IMG/VR virus record: IMGVR_UViG_3300020578_000006
Span: 165,718-229,717 of that record
Strand: one strand, 5' to 3'
DNA length: 64,000 bases
Below, one piece after another: positions 31,501-38,222 of the stretch. The stretch's first letter is position 1. Every line of letters starts with the position of its first letter. Below the pieces are notes generated by a model. The model saw nothing but the letters and a program-made list of their open reading frames with translations. It did no database searches and had not been told where the DNA came from. Position numbers and translations under genes: made by a program.

Positions 31501-32072
31501 GTTTCTACACTCTCCCACCCTGCAGAATTACTTTGTGTAGTACTGTAGGCGGAATTCCAATTAGCAGAATTATTTCTACTAGATGTATAGGTACTATCCC
31601 AGTTAGCAGAAGTGGTTCTTGAAGATGTATAATTGCTATTCCAATTAGCTGATGCATCTCTTACAGATGTTTCAACTGATTCCCAGCCCCCACTATTGCT
31701 TTGTGTAGTGCTATATACACTATCCCATTCAGCTGAATTTGCTGAAGTTGCTGTATATGCCTGATCCCATTTTCCACTATTTTGTAAGACACTTGTATGT
31801 ACTGATTCACCTAACGTTTTTAAGAAAAATATTTCTGCTAAATCTCTGTTACCTGATAATATTTTATATAAGCTAGTAAAGGTGTCGACCGCACTTAAAC
31901 TACCAGAGACTATTAAGTCACCAGGCAAAACTATTTCAGAATTTACCGGGTAAGCTGAAGCAGGTAAAAAATAGTTGTAGCTAGAATCAATTAGATTCTT
32001 AAAATCTGCTTCTGACGGAAATTTGCCAGTCTTAAATGCAGTGTATAATTCAGCTATATTGACAATTGCCAC
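25533..32072 (-). CDS. Giant 2179-aa fibre/adhesin with Trp-containing 14-aa repeats and a YadA-head-like segment
   Basis: N-terminal FKTGKFPSEADFKNLIDS; A(N/D)WDSTYTSVSETS repeats; GN.S..G repeats ending LFIVGNGTS; AATAAATA-4-GTG. Confidence 0.8.
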   Translation of the reverse strand: MAIVNIAELYTAFKTGKFPSEADFKNLIDSSYNYFLPASAYPVNSEIVLPGDLIVSGSLSAVDTFTSLYKILSGNRDLAEIFFLKTLGESVHTSVLQNSGKWDQAYTATSANSAEWDSVYSTTQSNSGGWESVETSVRDASANWNSNYTSSRTTSANWDSTYTSSRNNSANWNSAYSTTQSNSAGWESVETSVRDTSANWNSVYSTTQNNSGGWESVETTVRSLSDAWEESSFISDVAAVSANWNSNYTSSRNNSANWDSVYTSSRNNSANWDSVYGSVAAVSASWNDGGGTYTSVSQNSAKWDNNYTSVRDTSANWNSVYSTTQSNSGGWESVETSVRDTSANWNSVYSTTQGNSAGWESVETTVRSLSDAWEESSFISDVAAVSANWNSNYTSSRNNSANWDSVYGSVAAVSASWNDGGGTYTSVSQNSAKWDNNYTSVRDTSANWDQAYSSVTNDIAPVTANWDQAYSSVTNDIAPVTANWNSTYTSVSEISAGWDSVKNTVQALSTTWEESAEILPTVTNYLSTNDVRTLSNTVTDRISAGGIVISPKIGTLVKNSDYPALSATLRQNYDFFNSESTFALPGGLILKGQSPTYDTSVRNLPNLGVYGLHIQNVDNMDPGTTFVSDGRAAITHGMTFRAGINNFTGGSDHTHVMWVGAPFNATREWQMTMGGNVSDVYGYNLPSGYTNRFFVHTLPQFQISTTITANQGGFVDTNNALLLTNTDRLTGVLIGVNSTTNTNYSLINVGEVVTLAVNPGVAGIVAASYNAQCTQVSANPTLSTFRFDLFIGNQSNWVPAQKTRQNVNLQSRANGGNPGVSIITSQIGTPGTDYVGLTGNYKNIPKHVLVRFTNSSVLTGLKSGSPLTLWVPREMPSTSPAGTGFILPDRPNNTLTNSNTYRYGYFDAYVRAKNGNDLEITIGNLMDSYAFENITISCSAAGNAGWVLYGGSQDTVHRPTFGTAGFYFERENYRFTSADNFSYLSGGTIKNSVLGSVSESYGNFSYGLGYQGVVVGNFSGNFAGRNNYVYGNNSVTVGGESLISNGSNQVVIGLYNQPSSSLFIVGNGTSDTVRRNLFEINSTTVTISAGLNISNSIDLAGTGNGRNSNNWVSNYNTTTTNSGYWQPDFALSTVLQYLSSNEVTIGALTHLASLSVTDLYSATAGNSAVISDSDDTPGTGANTLHISFLNGVNVSSNLSARNIVYAFNGNSNDWNSVYSTTRTNSAGWESVETLVRSLSDSWEESAFITPLQTASASWDSVYSTTRTNSAGWGSVETLVRSLSDSWEESAFITPLQTASASWDSTYTSVSEASANWDSTYTSVSETSADWDSTYTSVSETSADWDSTYTSVSETSANWDATYTDVSETSANWDATYTDVSETSANWDATYTAVSETSANWDATYTAVSETSANWDATYTAVSETSADWDSTYTSVSETSADWDSTYTSVSETSADWDSTYTSVNETSADWNSTYTSVSETSADWDSTYTSVNETSADWDSTYTSVSETSADWDSTYTSVSETSADWNSTYTSVSETSADWDSTYTSVSEASANWDSTYTSVSETSADWDSTYTSVSETSANWDQAYTSVSETSADWDSTYTSVSETSANWDQAYSSVTNDIAPVTANWDQAYSSVTNDIAPVTANWDQAYSSVTNDIAPVTANWDATYDYVNNNSLKWNGTYTTYNTLSNSYIRDIGDNMIGKLTTSQTLSTNFTNADEFVSKRYVDSLVLEFASVSGNFVSSLYYTKTDVDEILIPLQSSRDTVNVLSGDWNNVYTDVSNTSATWDATYTDVSETSADWDQAYSSVTNDIATVSANWDATYTDVSETSADWNNVYTDVSNTSANWDATYTDVSETSANWDATYTSVSETSANWDATYTSVSETSADWVSTYTSVSETSADWDSTYTSVNETSADWDSTYTSVNETSADWDSTYTSVNETSADWNSTYTSVSETSADWNSTYTSVSETSADWDSTYTSVNETSADWDSTYTSVNETSADWDSTHTTVNSLSNLRYTLTPYMASMTPAVQMEYSNYITLSANDLGNRLLEGGSLRGMLYLDMTNSNVAKHLRVQATQTTPPNWSDETSTDIIKLSGTNTLKNVRSLVKQFVGAAIDVGGSTKVIFQASDALENDGTSNLPLVSMDYNPANPIHLRIGLDALSTEVLLSYIALSGGFIRVE
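26060..26760 (-). repeat. 42-bp coding tandem repeats, distal block of the fibre gene
   Basis: Repeated TCCCA(A/G)TC(A/G)GCTGAAGTCTC units. Confidence 0.85.
27075..28170 (-). repeat. About 22 x 42-bp plus 3 x 54-bp coding tandem repeats
   Basis: Counted from the translation (14-mers, then ANWDQAYSSVTNDIAPVT x3). Confidence 0.9.
30600..31760 (-). repeat. Proximal repeat block of the fibre gene (14/18-aa units, nested duplications)
   Basis: SANWNSVYSTTQ and DAWEESSFISDVAAVS units repeated. Confidence 0.85.
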
Positions 32073-32086
32073 GAATTATTTATTCC

Positions 32087-32487
32087 TGGAGCTGCTGGGA
32101 TTTGAACCCAGGTCTTGAAAAGATTCACTATAAGCCACTACAAGTGTATTCTGGTTGAGATTCATAATATATTAAACCAGACAAAACATATTAAATATAA
32201 TGATTTTATACGCTTGATAGATAACCATTAAAACACATCAAGTCGAAAGCTAGTAACACGCCTTGCTCTACAAGCTTTTATCTACAGCAAGACGATCGAA
32301 CTAAACTAGTTCGAGTTCGGCTTCTGCGTCTTCGAAGCCATACTGTGCAAGAACTGCATCAGCTTCTTCTAGACTCATGGCCATGTCGAAGTTATCTTCG
32401 GCAATTGATTTGTTTGCTATTTTTAATTGGAATGCCCCAATACTTGCAACCTATACCTACACCATTCAATCGATTCCATTCAGCCCC
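32087..32487 (-). ncRNA. ssrA: tmRNA (one-piece, about 401 nt, CCA not encoded)
   Basis: 5' GGGGCTG pairs with 3' CAGCTCC-A with G3.U70; T-arm CTGGG-TTCAAAT-CCCAG; internal tag frame 32402..32301 ending in hairpin CGAACTA/TAGTTCG. Confidence 0.95.
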
Positions 32488-32518
32488 AGTTATCAAAGAA
32501 CGATTTATTATAATCTAT

Positions 32519-32743
32519 TTATTCTAAAATTCCAATACTTCTGAAAGGAAGCGGTTTTCCATTTTTATCATTAACAGTTATACCGTCAATATGGCCAGCC
32601 ATATACGAGCCATGGCCTTCCCATTTACCACAATACCAAATAGGCTTTACTTCTTTACCTTCTAGAAGTCTTCTTCTGTTAAAGGAAGTCTTATGACCAG
32701 GTGTTCTGCTTCCTGCTTGGGGATTTGTTTTTGAGGCTGCCAT
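32519..32743 (-). CDS. Hypothetical protein
   Basis: 74-aa ORF. Confidence 0.5.
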   Translation of the reverse strand: MAASKTNPQAGSRTPGHKTSFNRRRLLEGKEVKPIWYCGKWEGHGSYMAGHIDGITVNDKNGKPLPFRSIGILE

Positions 32744-32776
32744 ATATTATATATGACTATATTTCTTAAATACTAC

Positions 32777-32806
32777 AAAAAAAATACCGAGATTACTCTC
32801 GGTATT
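32777..32806 (-). terminator. Rho-independent terminator
   Basis: 10-bp stem AATACCGAGA/TCTCGGTATT, GTAA loop, T8 tract on minus strand. Confidence 0.85.
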
Positions 32807-32837
32807 AATTTTCTACGAAACTCTCGTAGAGGAGGAA

Positions 32838-33053
32838 TTAAGCAACCTGAAGACCGCTCCTACGAATGGCGCGGGTCAGATCACGAGCATCAACGCGACG
32901 AATGCGCGTAGTATACTGATTCTTCGGCTCAAGAACACGAGCGCGCTTAACGGTAAATTGACCGCCACGGGAACGCTCGATCTTAACGTAAAACGTCTTC
33001 GGCCGAAGATCCTTATTTGTATAATCGATTGACATATTCATTCCTCCTTTCAT
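32838..33053 (-). CDS. Small Arg-rich protein
   Basis: TTGATT-16-TATTAT-6-ATG; internal AGGAGG before a third ATG; CGT/CGC-rich codons. Confidence 0.6.
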   Translation of the reverse strand: MKGGMNMSIDYTNKDLRPKTFYVKIERSRGGQFTVKRARVLEPKNQYTTRIRRVDARDLTRAIRRSGLQVA

Positions 33054-33093
33054 ACATTGATAATAACATATGTGTAGAATAAATCAACATACT

Positions 33094-33354
33094 ATGAGCG
33101 AAAAGATAAATAATTTTATGAGAGATTGCGTTTGGATAAGAGCTGCTTTATATTTTTTTATTGCCGCAATCCCGGCATTAATGGTTGATCTCGGTCAGTA
33201 TAAATCTTTTAGCGAAATAAGTGATATTACTGTGGCTATTATCGTTGCTAATTTTCTTCTTCAAGGGTTAATTGCAGTCCGGGCATTTATTGATCAATCT
33301 ATTAGTCGTACTAAAGAAAGAAAAGAAAAAAAGGTTGAACTGATAAATGGCTAA
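33094..33354 (+). CDS. Putative holin (2 TM)
   Basis: Two hydrophobic helices, charged C-terminus, first gene of lysis cluster; start taken as MSEK. Confidence 0.55.
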   Translation: MSEKINNFMRDCVWIRAALYFFIAAIPALMVDLGQYKSFSEISDITVAIIVANFLLQGLIAVRAFIDQSISRTKERKEKKVELING

Positions 33355-33826
33355 CCTAAGTACTTACATGAATATATTTCTACCTTTAGCTCTAATAACA
33401 ATTTTAGCCGGTTGCTCTACCACAAATAACGGTGGTGGTTCCGATGTTGGCGGTACTACACCCAGTCAGGCTGTAGAGAATGCTTTACCTTATATTGCCC
33501 CGGCTGTAACTCTTGCCTGTACGGTTGTCTTGGAGCAAGCCGTTTCCCCAGAAGATAGAGTAGAGAAGGCAAAGATGATTAATCATGTTGCAACTATTGT
33601 TGAAAGTCTAACCCGTGGTGCAACCCCAACACCGGATCAACTTCAAAAAGCTTTAGTTGATTATCTACCTCAAGACAAGACACACTGGGTAAAATATATA
33701 ACAGTGGTTAAGGACATTTATGCAGCACAATTTGCAAAGCTTGATGGTGATGCAAAGCTTGGTATAGATTTACTCAATGCTATTGCCAAGGGCTGTAAGA
33801 CAGCAACCGACGAATACGTAGAGTAA
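33347..33826 (+). CDS. Lipoprotein
   Basis: Lipobox LAGC after a hydrophobic signal. Confidence 0.7.
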   Translation: MANLSTYMNIFLPLALITILAGCSTTNNGGGSDVGGTTPSQAVENALPYIAPAVTLACTVVLEQAVSPEDRVEKAKMINHVATIVESLTRGATPTPDQLQKALVDYLPQDKTHWVKYITVVKDIYAAQFAKLDGDAKLGIDLLNAIAKGCKTATDEYVE

Positions 33827-33827
33827 A

Positions 33828-34019
33828 ATGGACTTTACCGCCATCTTTAAAGCAATTGGCGAGGTATTCGGATTAATAAACAACTGGATGGGTCATAAGA
33901 ATACCCCGGAAATGAAAAAAGCTGAACAACAGCAAAAAGAAGTTGACCGTCAAAATGAAATTGAAAAAGCTTTAAAGGAGAAAGATATTGAAAAGCTTCG
34001 CCGTTTGCTATCTCAGTAG
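33828..34019 (+). CDS. Small membrane/coiled-coil protein (i-spanin-like)
   Basis: Amphipathic N-terminus plus charged coiled coil; overlaps next lipoprotein gene. Confidence 0.4.
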   Translation: MDFTAIFKAIGEVFGLINNWMGHKNTPEMKKAEQQQKEVDRQNEIEKALKEKDIEKLRRLLSQ

Positions 34020-34404
34020 CTTAATTCTTGTAGGGTGTGCAACAGTAACACCTGATAAAGTTAAAGATAATACTGCTTCGTTTGATTCAACTACCCCACA
34101 GCAATATGACTCACACAACTCAGGTGTAATCGGGTTTAGTCCCGAAGGCAAAGGTATACTAACAAGTAACGGGGTAGAGCGCTACAATAATCTCATAAAG
34201 GATTACAAACTACAATTTAGAGCGTCAAAAGGTGTAGAATTAAAAGAAAATGATGGTATTACAGAGTTTCTGGACAAACACGGTAATGTTCTGTTTTATA
34301 TCGACCATCAACACTTAGTTTATTTTGGCATTTTGAATAGCTGGAGACGAGATGGTAAAGATGTGGATGGGCTTTGGGATAAAGCAAAGGCATGGGTAAA
34401 GTGA
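33988..34404 (+). CDS. Lipoprotein (o-spanin candidate)
   Basis: Lipobox LVGC. Confidence 0.6.
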   Translation: MKSFAVCYLSSLILVGCATVTPDKVKDNTASFDSTTPQQYDSHNSGVIGFSPEGKGILTSNGVERYNNLIKDYKLQFRASKGVELKENDGITEFLDKHGNVLFYIDHQHLVYFGILNSWRRDGKDVDGLWDKAKAWVK

Positions 34405-34547
34405 AGCTACTTCTTATTGCAGTTGCAGTGATGTTGTCTTCTTGTGCGCCGGTTTCAGTAGAGGAAGAATATAAGACAAAATACCCGGAAGTCCCAACTA
34501 TGCAATCTGCAGAAGACGCTAATACTGGTCAGTTATTCAAGGAGTAG
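34401..34547 (+). CDS. Small lipoprotein (48 aa, not in ORF track)
   Basis: GTG start; MKLLLIAVAVMLSSC lipobox. Confidence 0.6.
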   Translation: MKLLLIAVAVMLSSCAPVSVEEEYKTKYPEVPTMQSAEDANTGQLFKE

Positions 34548-34549
34548 TT

Positions 34550-35152
34550 ATGGGCTGGTCATCTAGAGATAATAACTTACGTAGAAGATCTAATCAACCT
34601 TCTTCTAGTAAGCCTATAGAACCAAAGAAAAAGGATAAACCGATTGTAATACAACCTCTTGTATCTGAAAAAACAGATTTAAGTGTTTTGGATGAAAGAA
34701 GTGCAAAGAATGTTGCAACTCTACACACAAAAGTTCAACAGCTATTTAAAAATTGGATTGCTGAATGTCAAATATTGGCCAAAGCACACGGCTATGAGTA
34801 CAAGGCAATTTCAGGAAATAGAACATGGGAAGAACAAGCAAAAATTTATGCACAAGGAAGAACGGCACCAGGTAAGATTGTTACTAACGCAAAACCTGGA
34901 TTCAGTAATCACAATTACGGAATTGCCGTAGATATGGGAGTTTTTAAGGATGGAAAATATCTAGATAGTTCTAAGCCTTCAGAAGCAGAAGCATTTCATA
35001 GAAAAGCTGCTACTGTTGCAGAAAAATATGGTATTGAATGGGGCGGTAGTTGGAAATCGTTCAAAGACTATCCCCATTTTGAATATAAAACCGGTAAAAC
35101 AATTTCACAATTAAGACAGATAGTTCTAGAAGGTAAAGATATTTTGGCCTAA
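34550..35152 (+). CDS. Endolysin, M15 peptidase (L-Ala-D-Glu peptidase-like)
   Basis: RTWEEQ..YAQGRT, SNHNYGIAVD, WGGSW..D.PHFE. Confidence 0.9.
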   Translation: MGWSSRDNNLRRRSNQPSSSKPIEPKKKDKPIVIQPLVSEKTDLSVLDERSAKNVATLHTKVQQLFKNWIAECQILAKAHGYEYKAISGNRTWEEQAKIYAQGRTAPGKIVTNAKPGFSNHNYGIAVDMGVFKDGKYLDSSKPSEAEAFHRKAATVAEKYGIEWGGSWKSFKDYPHFEYKTGKTISQLRQIVLEGKDILA

Positions 35153-35160
35153 ATAATTAT

Positions 35161-35661
35161 ACGAAATTTAAGCGTACTCTTAAGTGGTTTATTATAATAG
35201 GCCTGTTTTTAGGATCAGCCTACATAAGCTTGGAATCTGGCTATTATCTAGGTAAAAACAGTACTTTTAAAACTTATAATTATACTAAACTACCAAATTC
35301 TTGTTTCTTAGAAGCATTAATTCACGCTTCAAGAGCAAACCTAGTTTTAAAATCTGAAACCAGTCCTGACATTTATTCTTCTATTTTTGGATATACCTAT
35401 AAACACGAAGATGACATTATTTTAAATGGTAAAAAGGCTGCACTTGTTTTTGGCCATGCCGTTTGTATATTCGAATATAAAAATAAATTGTGGGTGTATG
35501 ATACCAATCACGGAACTATGTATGTGGGTATTACAAGAGATAAATTAGAATATAACAACATAATGAAAAAATGGACGGAAGATACTTACAAAATTAAAAT
35601 AGAGAAAAGTTTTGTACTTGATGACTGGGCACTTCCAGCTAATATTACTGATCACCAATAG
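35161..35661 (+). CDS. Secreted or anchored protein with putative Cys-His-Asp triad; predicted ACG start
   Basis: NSCF, GHAV, VYD; frame open upstream of the TTG call through a signal-like segment. Confidence 0.5.
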   Translation, partial: TKFKRTLKWFIIIGLFLGSAYISLESGYYLGKNSTFKTYNYTKLPNSCFLEALIHASRANLVLKSETSPDIYSSIFGYTYKHEDDIILNGKKAALVFGHAVCIFEYKNKLWVYDTNHGTMYVGITRDKLEYNNIMKKWTEDTYKIKIEKSFVLDDWALPANITDHQ

Positions 35662-36388
35662 TAGCAAGCTGTTGTAAATAACAATCACGCTCCTCTGGAT
35701 GCTCAATTAAACCTTGATTTAAATTCATTAATCGCATATTATTGAGTTGTTGGTGCTGTAGGTCTACAGAGAGTTTATTAAAATCTACTTCATAATTCTC
35801 TGACAATCTTTTTGCTTTAACTTTACCATACCCAGCCAGTCCTTCAATGTTATCAGATGCATCACCCATGATGCTCTTATATAATAAATATTTGTCTATT
35901 GATACAGGAAAGTGTTGATCAAAATTTTGTAAATTAATCACAATTTTTTTAATGGGTGAATATAGCTCCACACATGAGTTAATTAGTTGAGCCATATCAT
36001 TATCAGTAGAAACAACTGTCTTTGTACCTTCTAAATGATTGCAAAGGAATGCTATCACATCATCTGCTTCCAAAATACCTGGAAACATGAGATGAATGCC
36101 TTGTTGTTGCATAGTTTCATGAATTTTATCTTCTGCTGCATGCACAGTTTGCCACATGGAACTATCCCTGTTTTGTTTGTAATTATGTTCTTGGCGGCGA
36201 TAATTTTTCTTACCATGTATTAATCGTTTGTCTGATACAGCATAAATTGATGTAGGTTCAAACATGCGTATGTACTTGTTAATGCTACGCATGTATGCAC
36301 TAATCATGTCATTAGTGTTTGGGCCTTTTAAAACATGATAAACACGATACAACAAATTTGTTGCATCAACGATTAAAATACGTTTCAT
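35645..36388 (-). CDS. 5'-3' exonuclease / T4 RNase H-like flap nuclease
   Basis: IVDATN, EADDVIA, STDND, GDASDNIEG. Confidence 0.9.
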   Translation of the reverse strand: MKRILIVDATNLLYRVYHVLKGPNTNDMISAYMRSINKYIRMFEPTSIYAVSDKRLIHGKKNYRRQEHNYKQNRDSSMWQTVHAAEDKIHETMQQQGIHLMFPGILEADDVIAFLCNHLEGTKTVVSTDNDMAQLINSCVELYSPIKKIVINLQNFDQHFPVSIDKYLLYKSIMGDASDNIEGLAGYGKVKAKRLSENYEVDFNKLSVDLQHQQLNNMRLMNLNQGLIEHPEERDCYLQQLATIGDQ

Positions 36389-37299
36389 TGCTTGCTTTCA
36401 AGCAACAGCTGCTTTTGCATGCGTTTAATAGCTCTGTCCTTAGCCTTGAGTTCCACTTCCCAAACTACTGGCAAGTCATAATCCGAAGGCAAGCTAGTAG
36501 CATAATCTGCATGCTTGCGACTACCATTAATGCCTTCTGAATAATGAAAGATGGGTATATAGCCCGGCCACGTGGCATATGCAGCCTCAAATGCTTGACG
36601 GTGACTCAAACCATCTGGTAACATTTCATGATGCAAATTGTCATATGTAATAGGAATACCCTGTCTAGCATGAAAATAAGTAACAAGATTCTTAATACTC
36701 CACACGCCTTTTTTGTTGTCGTTGTTCTCAAATACTAATCGCTTGGTAACACAAGCAGGGCACTGCTTCAAACTTTGTATCACATTGTTATAAATTACTT
36801 CTGCATTACCATCTTTGCGAATATGAATGTTCAGAGGTGCTTCATATGATTCAGGTAGATCAAGCAATTCAAATACAAGTGCATGAGCAATCAAATCACG
36901 AATACTGTTGGCAATTACTTTGGGGTTTTCAGAAGTTAAACTTATGAATTCAGAAGGATGAGCTGAAAAACGCAGACCTGAATTTTTCATAGTTATTTTT
37001 GCTTCATTAATTGCATGTAACATCTCATCTTGCATGGGTAAAGAATGGAAATCCAAATTCAAGTCTGGGTGATTAATTACTGGAATGAGATCGCTGCCAA
37101 TACGCAGTCCTGCTAGTTTCATGCTTTGACACAACTCTACAGTAGTTTTGAGAGTTTGAAAATTGGTAACTATGCGTTCACACAGTGTTTTTAGTGCTTC
37201 GGCTCTAGGCTTCTTCATGAACTGTGTCACAGTCATCATTCTAAACTTGATGCCTTTGTCATTGAGCACATTGCTCTGACAGCATAATGACAAGTTCAT
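36385..37299 (-). CDS. uvsE: UV-damage endonuclease
   Basis: R..SD..P, SAHP.EF, FEND-like motif, DNLHH, HYSE, HADY, ELKAKD. Confidence 0.9.
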   Translation of the reverse strand: MNLSLCCQSNVLNDKGIKFRMMTVTQFMKKPRAEALKTLCERIVTNFQTLKTTVELCQSMKLAGLRIGSDLIPVINHPDLNLDFHSLPMQDEMLHAINEAKITMKNSGLRFSAHPSEFISLTSENPKVIANSIRDLIAHALVFELLDLPESYEAPLNIHIRKDGNAEVIYNNVIQSLKQCPACVTKRLVFENNDNKKGVWSIKNLVTYFHARQGIPITYDNLHHEMLPDGLSHRQAFEAAYATWPGYIPIFHYSEGINGSRKHADYATSLPSDYDLPVVWEVELKAKDRAIKRMQKQLLLESKQ

Positions 37300-37333
37300 T
37301 AGTAAAATATAGAGGAAATTCTAAAACAATCAA

Positions 37334-37693
37334 CTAAAACGGTGTTGTAAGAGAGGGATTTGGACTAATGAGAGGATTAACAGGGGGTATAGGGGCTGCT
37401 GTGGCTTGTGTGTCAACAGAAGCTTCTGTTCCAGCTGCCGTATCAACTTCTTCCACAGAAATGTCAGTCAATTCATTAATACCCAGAGCGGCAAGATTTA
37501 CTTTATTTTCTTCAACATAAAGGGTGACTGAATTATCTCCAATTCTAACAATAACAGGTGCAGTATGGCCTTCTACAGTTAAAATTAGTTCTCCAAACGA
37601 ATTTTTTGAGAAAGTTAGCTTAATACCATCTTCACTAAAAACATAAACTGAAGAAACTATTAACAAAATTAACGCTAAGATAGTAGTTTTCAT
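37334..37693 (-). CDS. Secreted protein
   Basis: Signal peptide MKTTILALILLIVSS; Pro-rich C-terminus. Confidence 0.6.
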   Translation of the reverse strand: MKTTILALILLIVSSVYVFSEDGIKLTFSKNSFGELILTVEGHTAPVIVRIGDNSVTLYVEENKVNLAALGINELTDISVEEVDTAAGTEASVDTQATAAPIPPVNPLISPNPSLTTPF

Positions 37694-37738
37694 ATGTTAT
37701 ATTAGACAGTTAAAACTGAAAATCATTAGAAATATTTC

Positions 37739-37960
37739 TCATTCATTTACAACAAATACTGTATAATGTCCGTTGCCAACACATTCATAATAGTATCTAA
37801 ACTTCTCATCTCCTTCCAAATAGACCCCGTAAACATCTTGTCCATTAAAATATTCTTTCAAACAAAGAACCTCATGTTTGCCAATTTTATCCTTGATCCA
37901 TCTTACAGCTTCATACACATCTCCTTCGTGAACTATTACTTTAAGATCATTTAGATTCAC
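37739..37960 (-). CDS. Hypothetical protein
   Basis: 73-aa ORF, coupled overlap. Confidence 0.5.
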   Translation of the reverse strand: MNLNDLKVIVHEGDVYEAVRWIKDKIGKHEVLCLKEYFNGQDVYGVYLEGDEKFRYYYECVGNGHYTVFVVNE

Positions 37961-38222
37961 TATCTTCTCCTGCTGCTGTCTGTATATCTAATTTGTTACT
38001 GTAAACCTTTTCTAAGACGGCTATAGACATAATACCTATAATTATAAACGCTGCAATAATTGAAACAGCTTTGCAAATTGTTCTTCTGACATTTTGCCTC
38101 TTATGGTATGCTTTATAAGAAGAAAGAAAATTATTAAAATAGTCAGAGGAAGGCGAATTAAGATCAGAAGCCCTCTTAATAAGTCTCGAAAGCTCATTCA
38201 TTGGGGCCCTCTTGTTGCACAA
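37947..38222 (-). CDS. Single-TM membrane protein
   Basis: Hydrophobic AVSIIAAFIIIGIMSIAVL segment. Confidence 0.5.
   Translation of the reverse strand: MCNKRAPMNELSRLIKRASDLNSPSSDYFNNFLSSYKAYHKRQNVRRTICKAVSIIAAFIIIGIMSIAVLEKVYSNKLDIQTAAGEDSESK

Noticed and set aside
25533-32072. Ice-nucleation or antifreeze protein
   Set aside because: The period is 14/18 with heptad-spaced W/Y/V, not the Gly-rich 8/16/48 AGYGSTxT pattern.
32087-32115. tRNA-Ala gene
   Set aside because: T-arm and acceptor are present but there is no anticodon arm; the 5' strand lies 400 nt away, so this is tmRNA.
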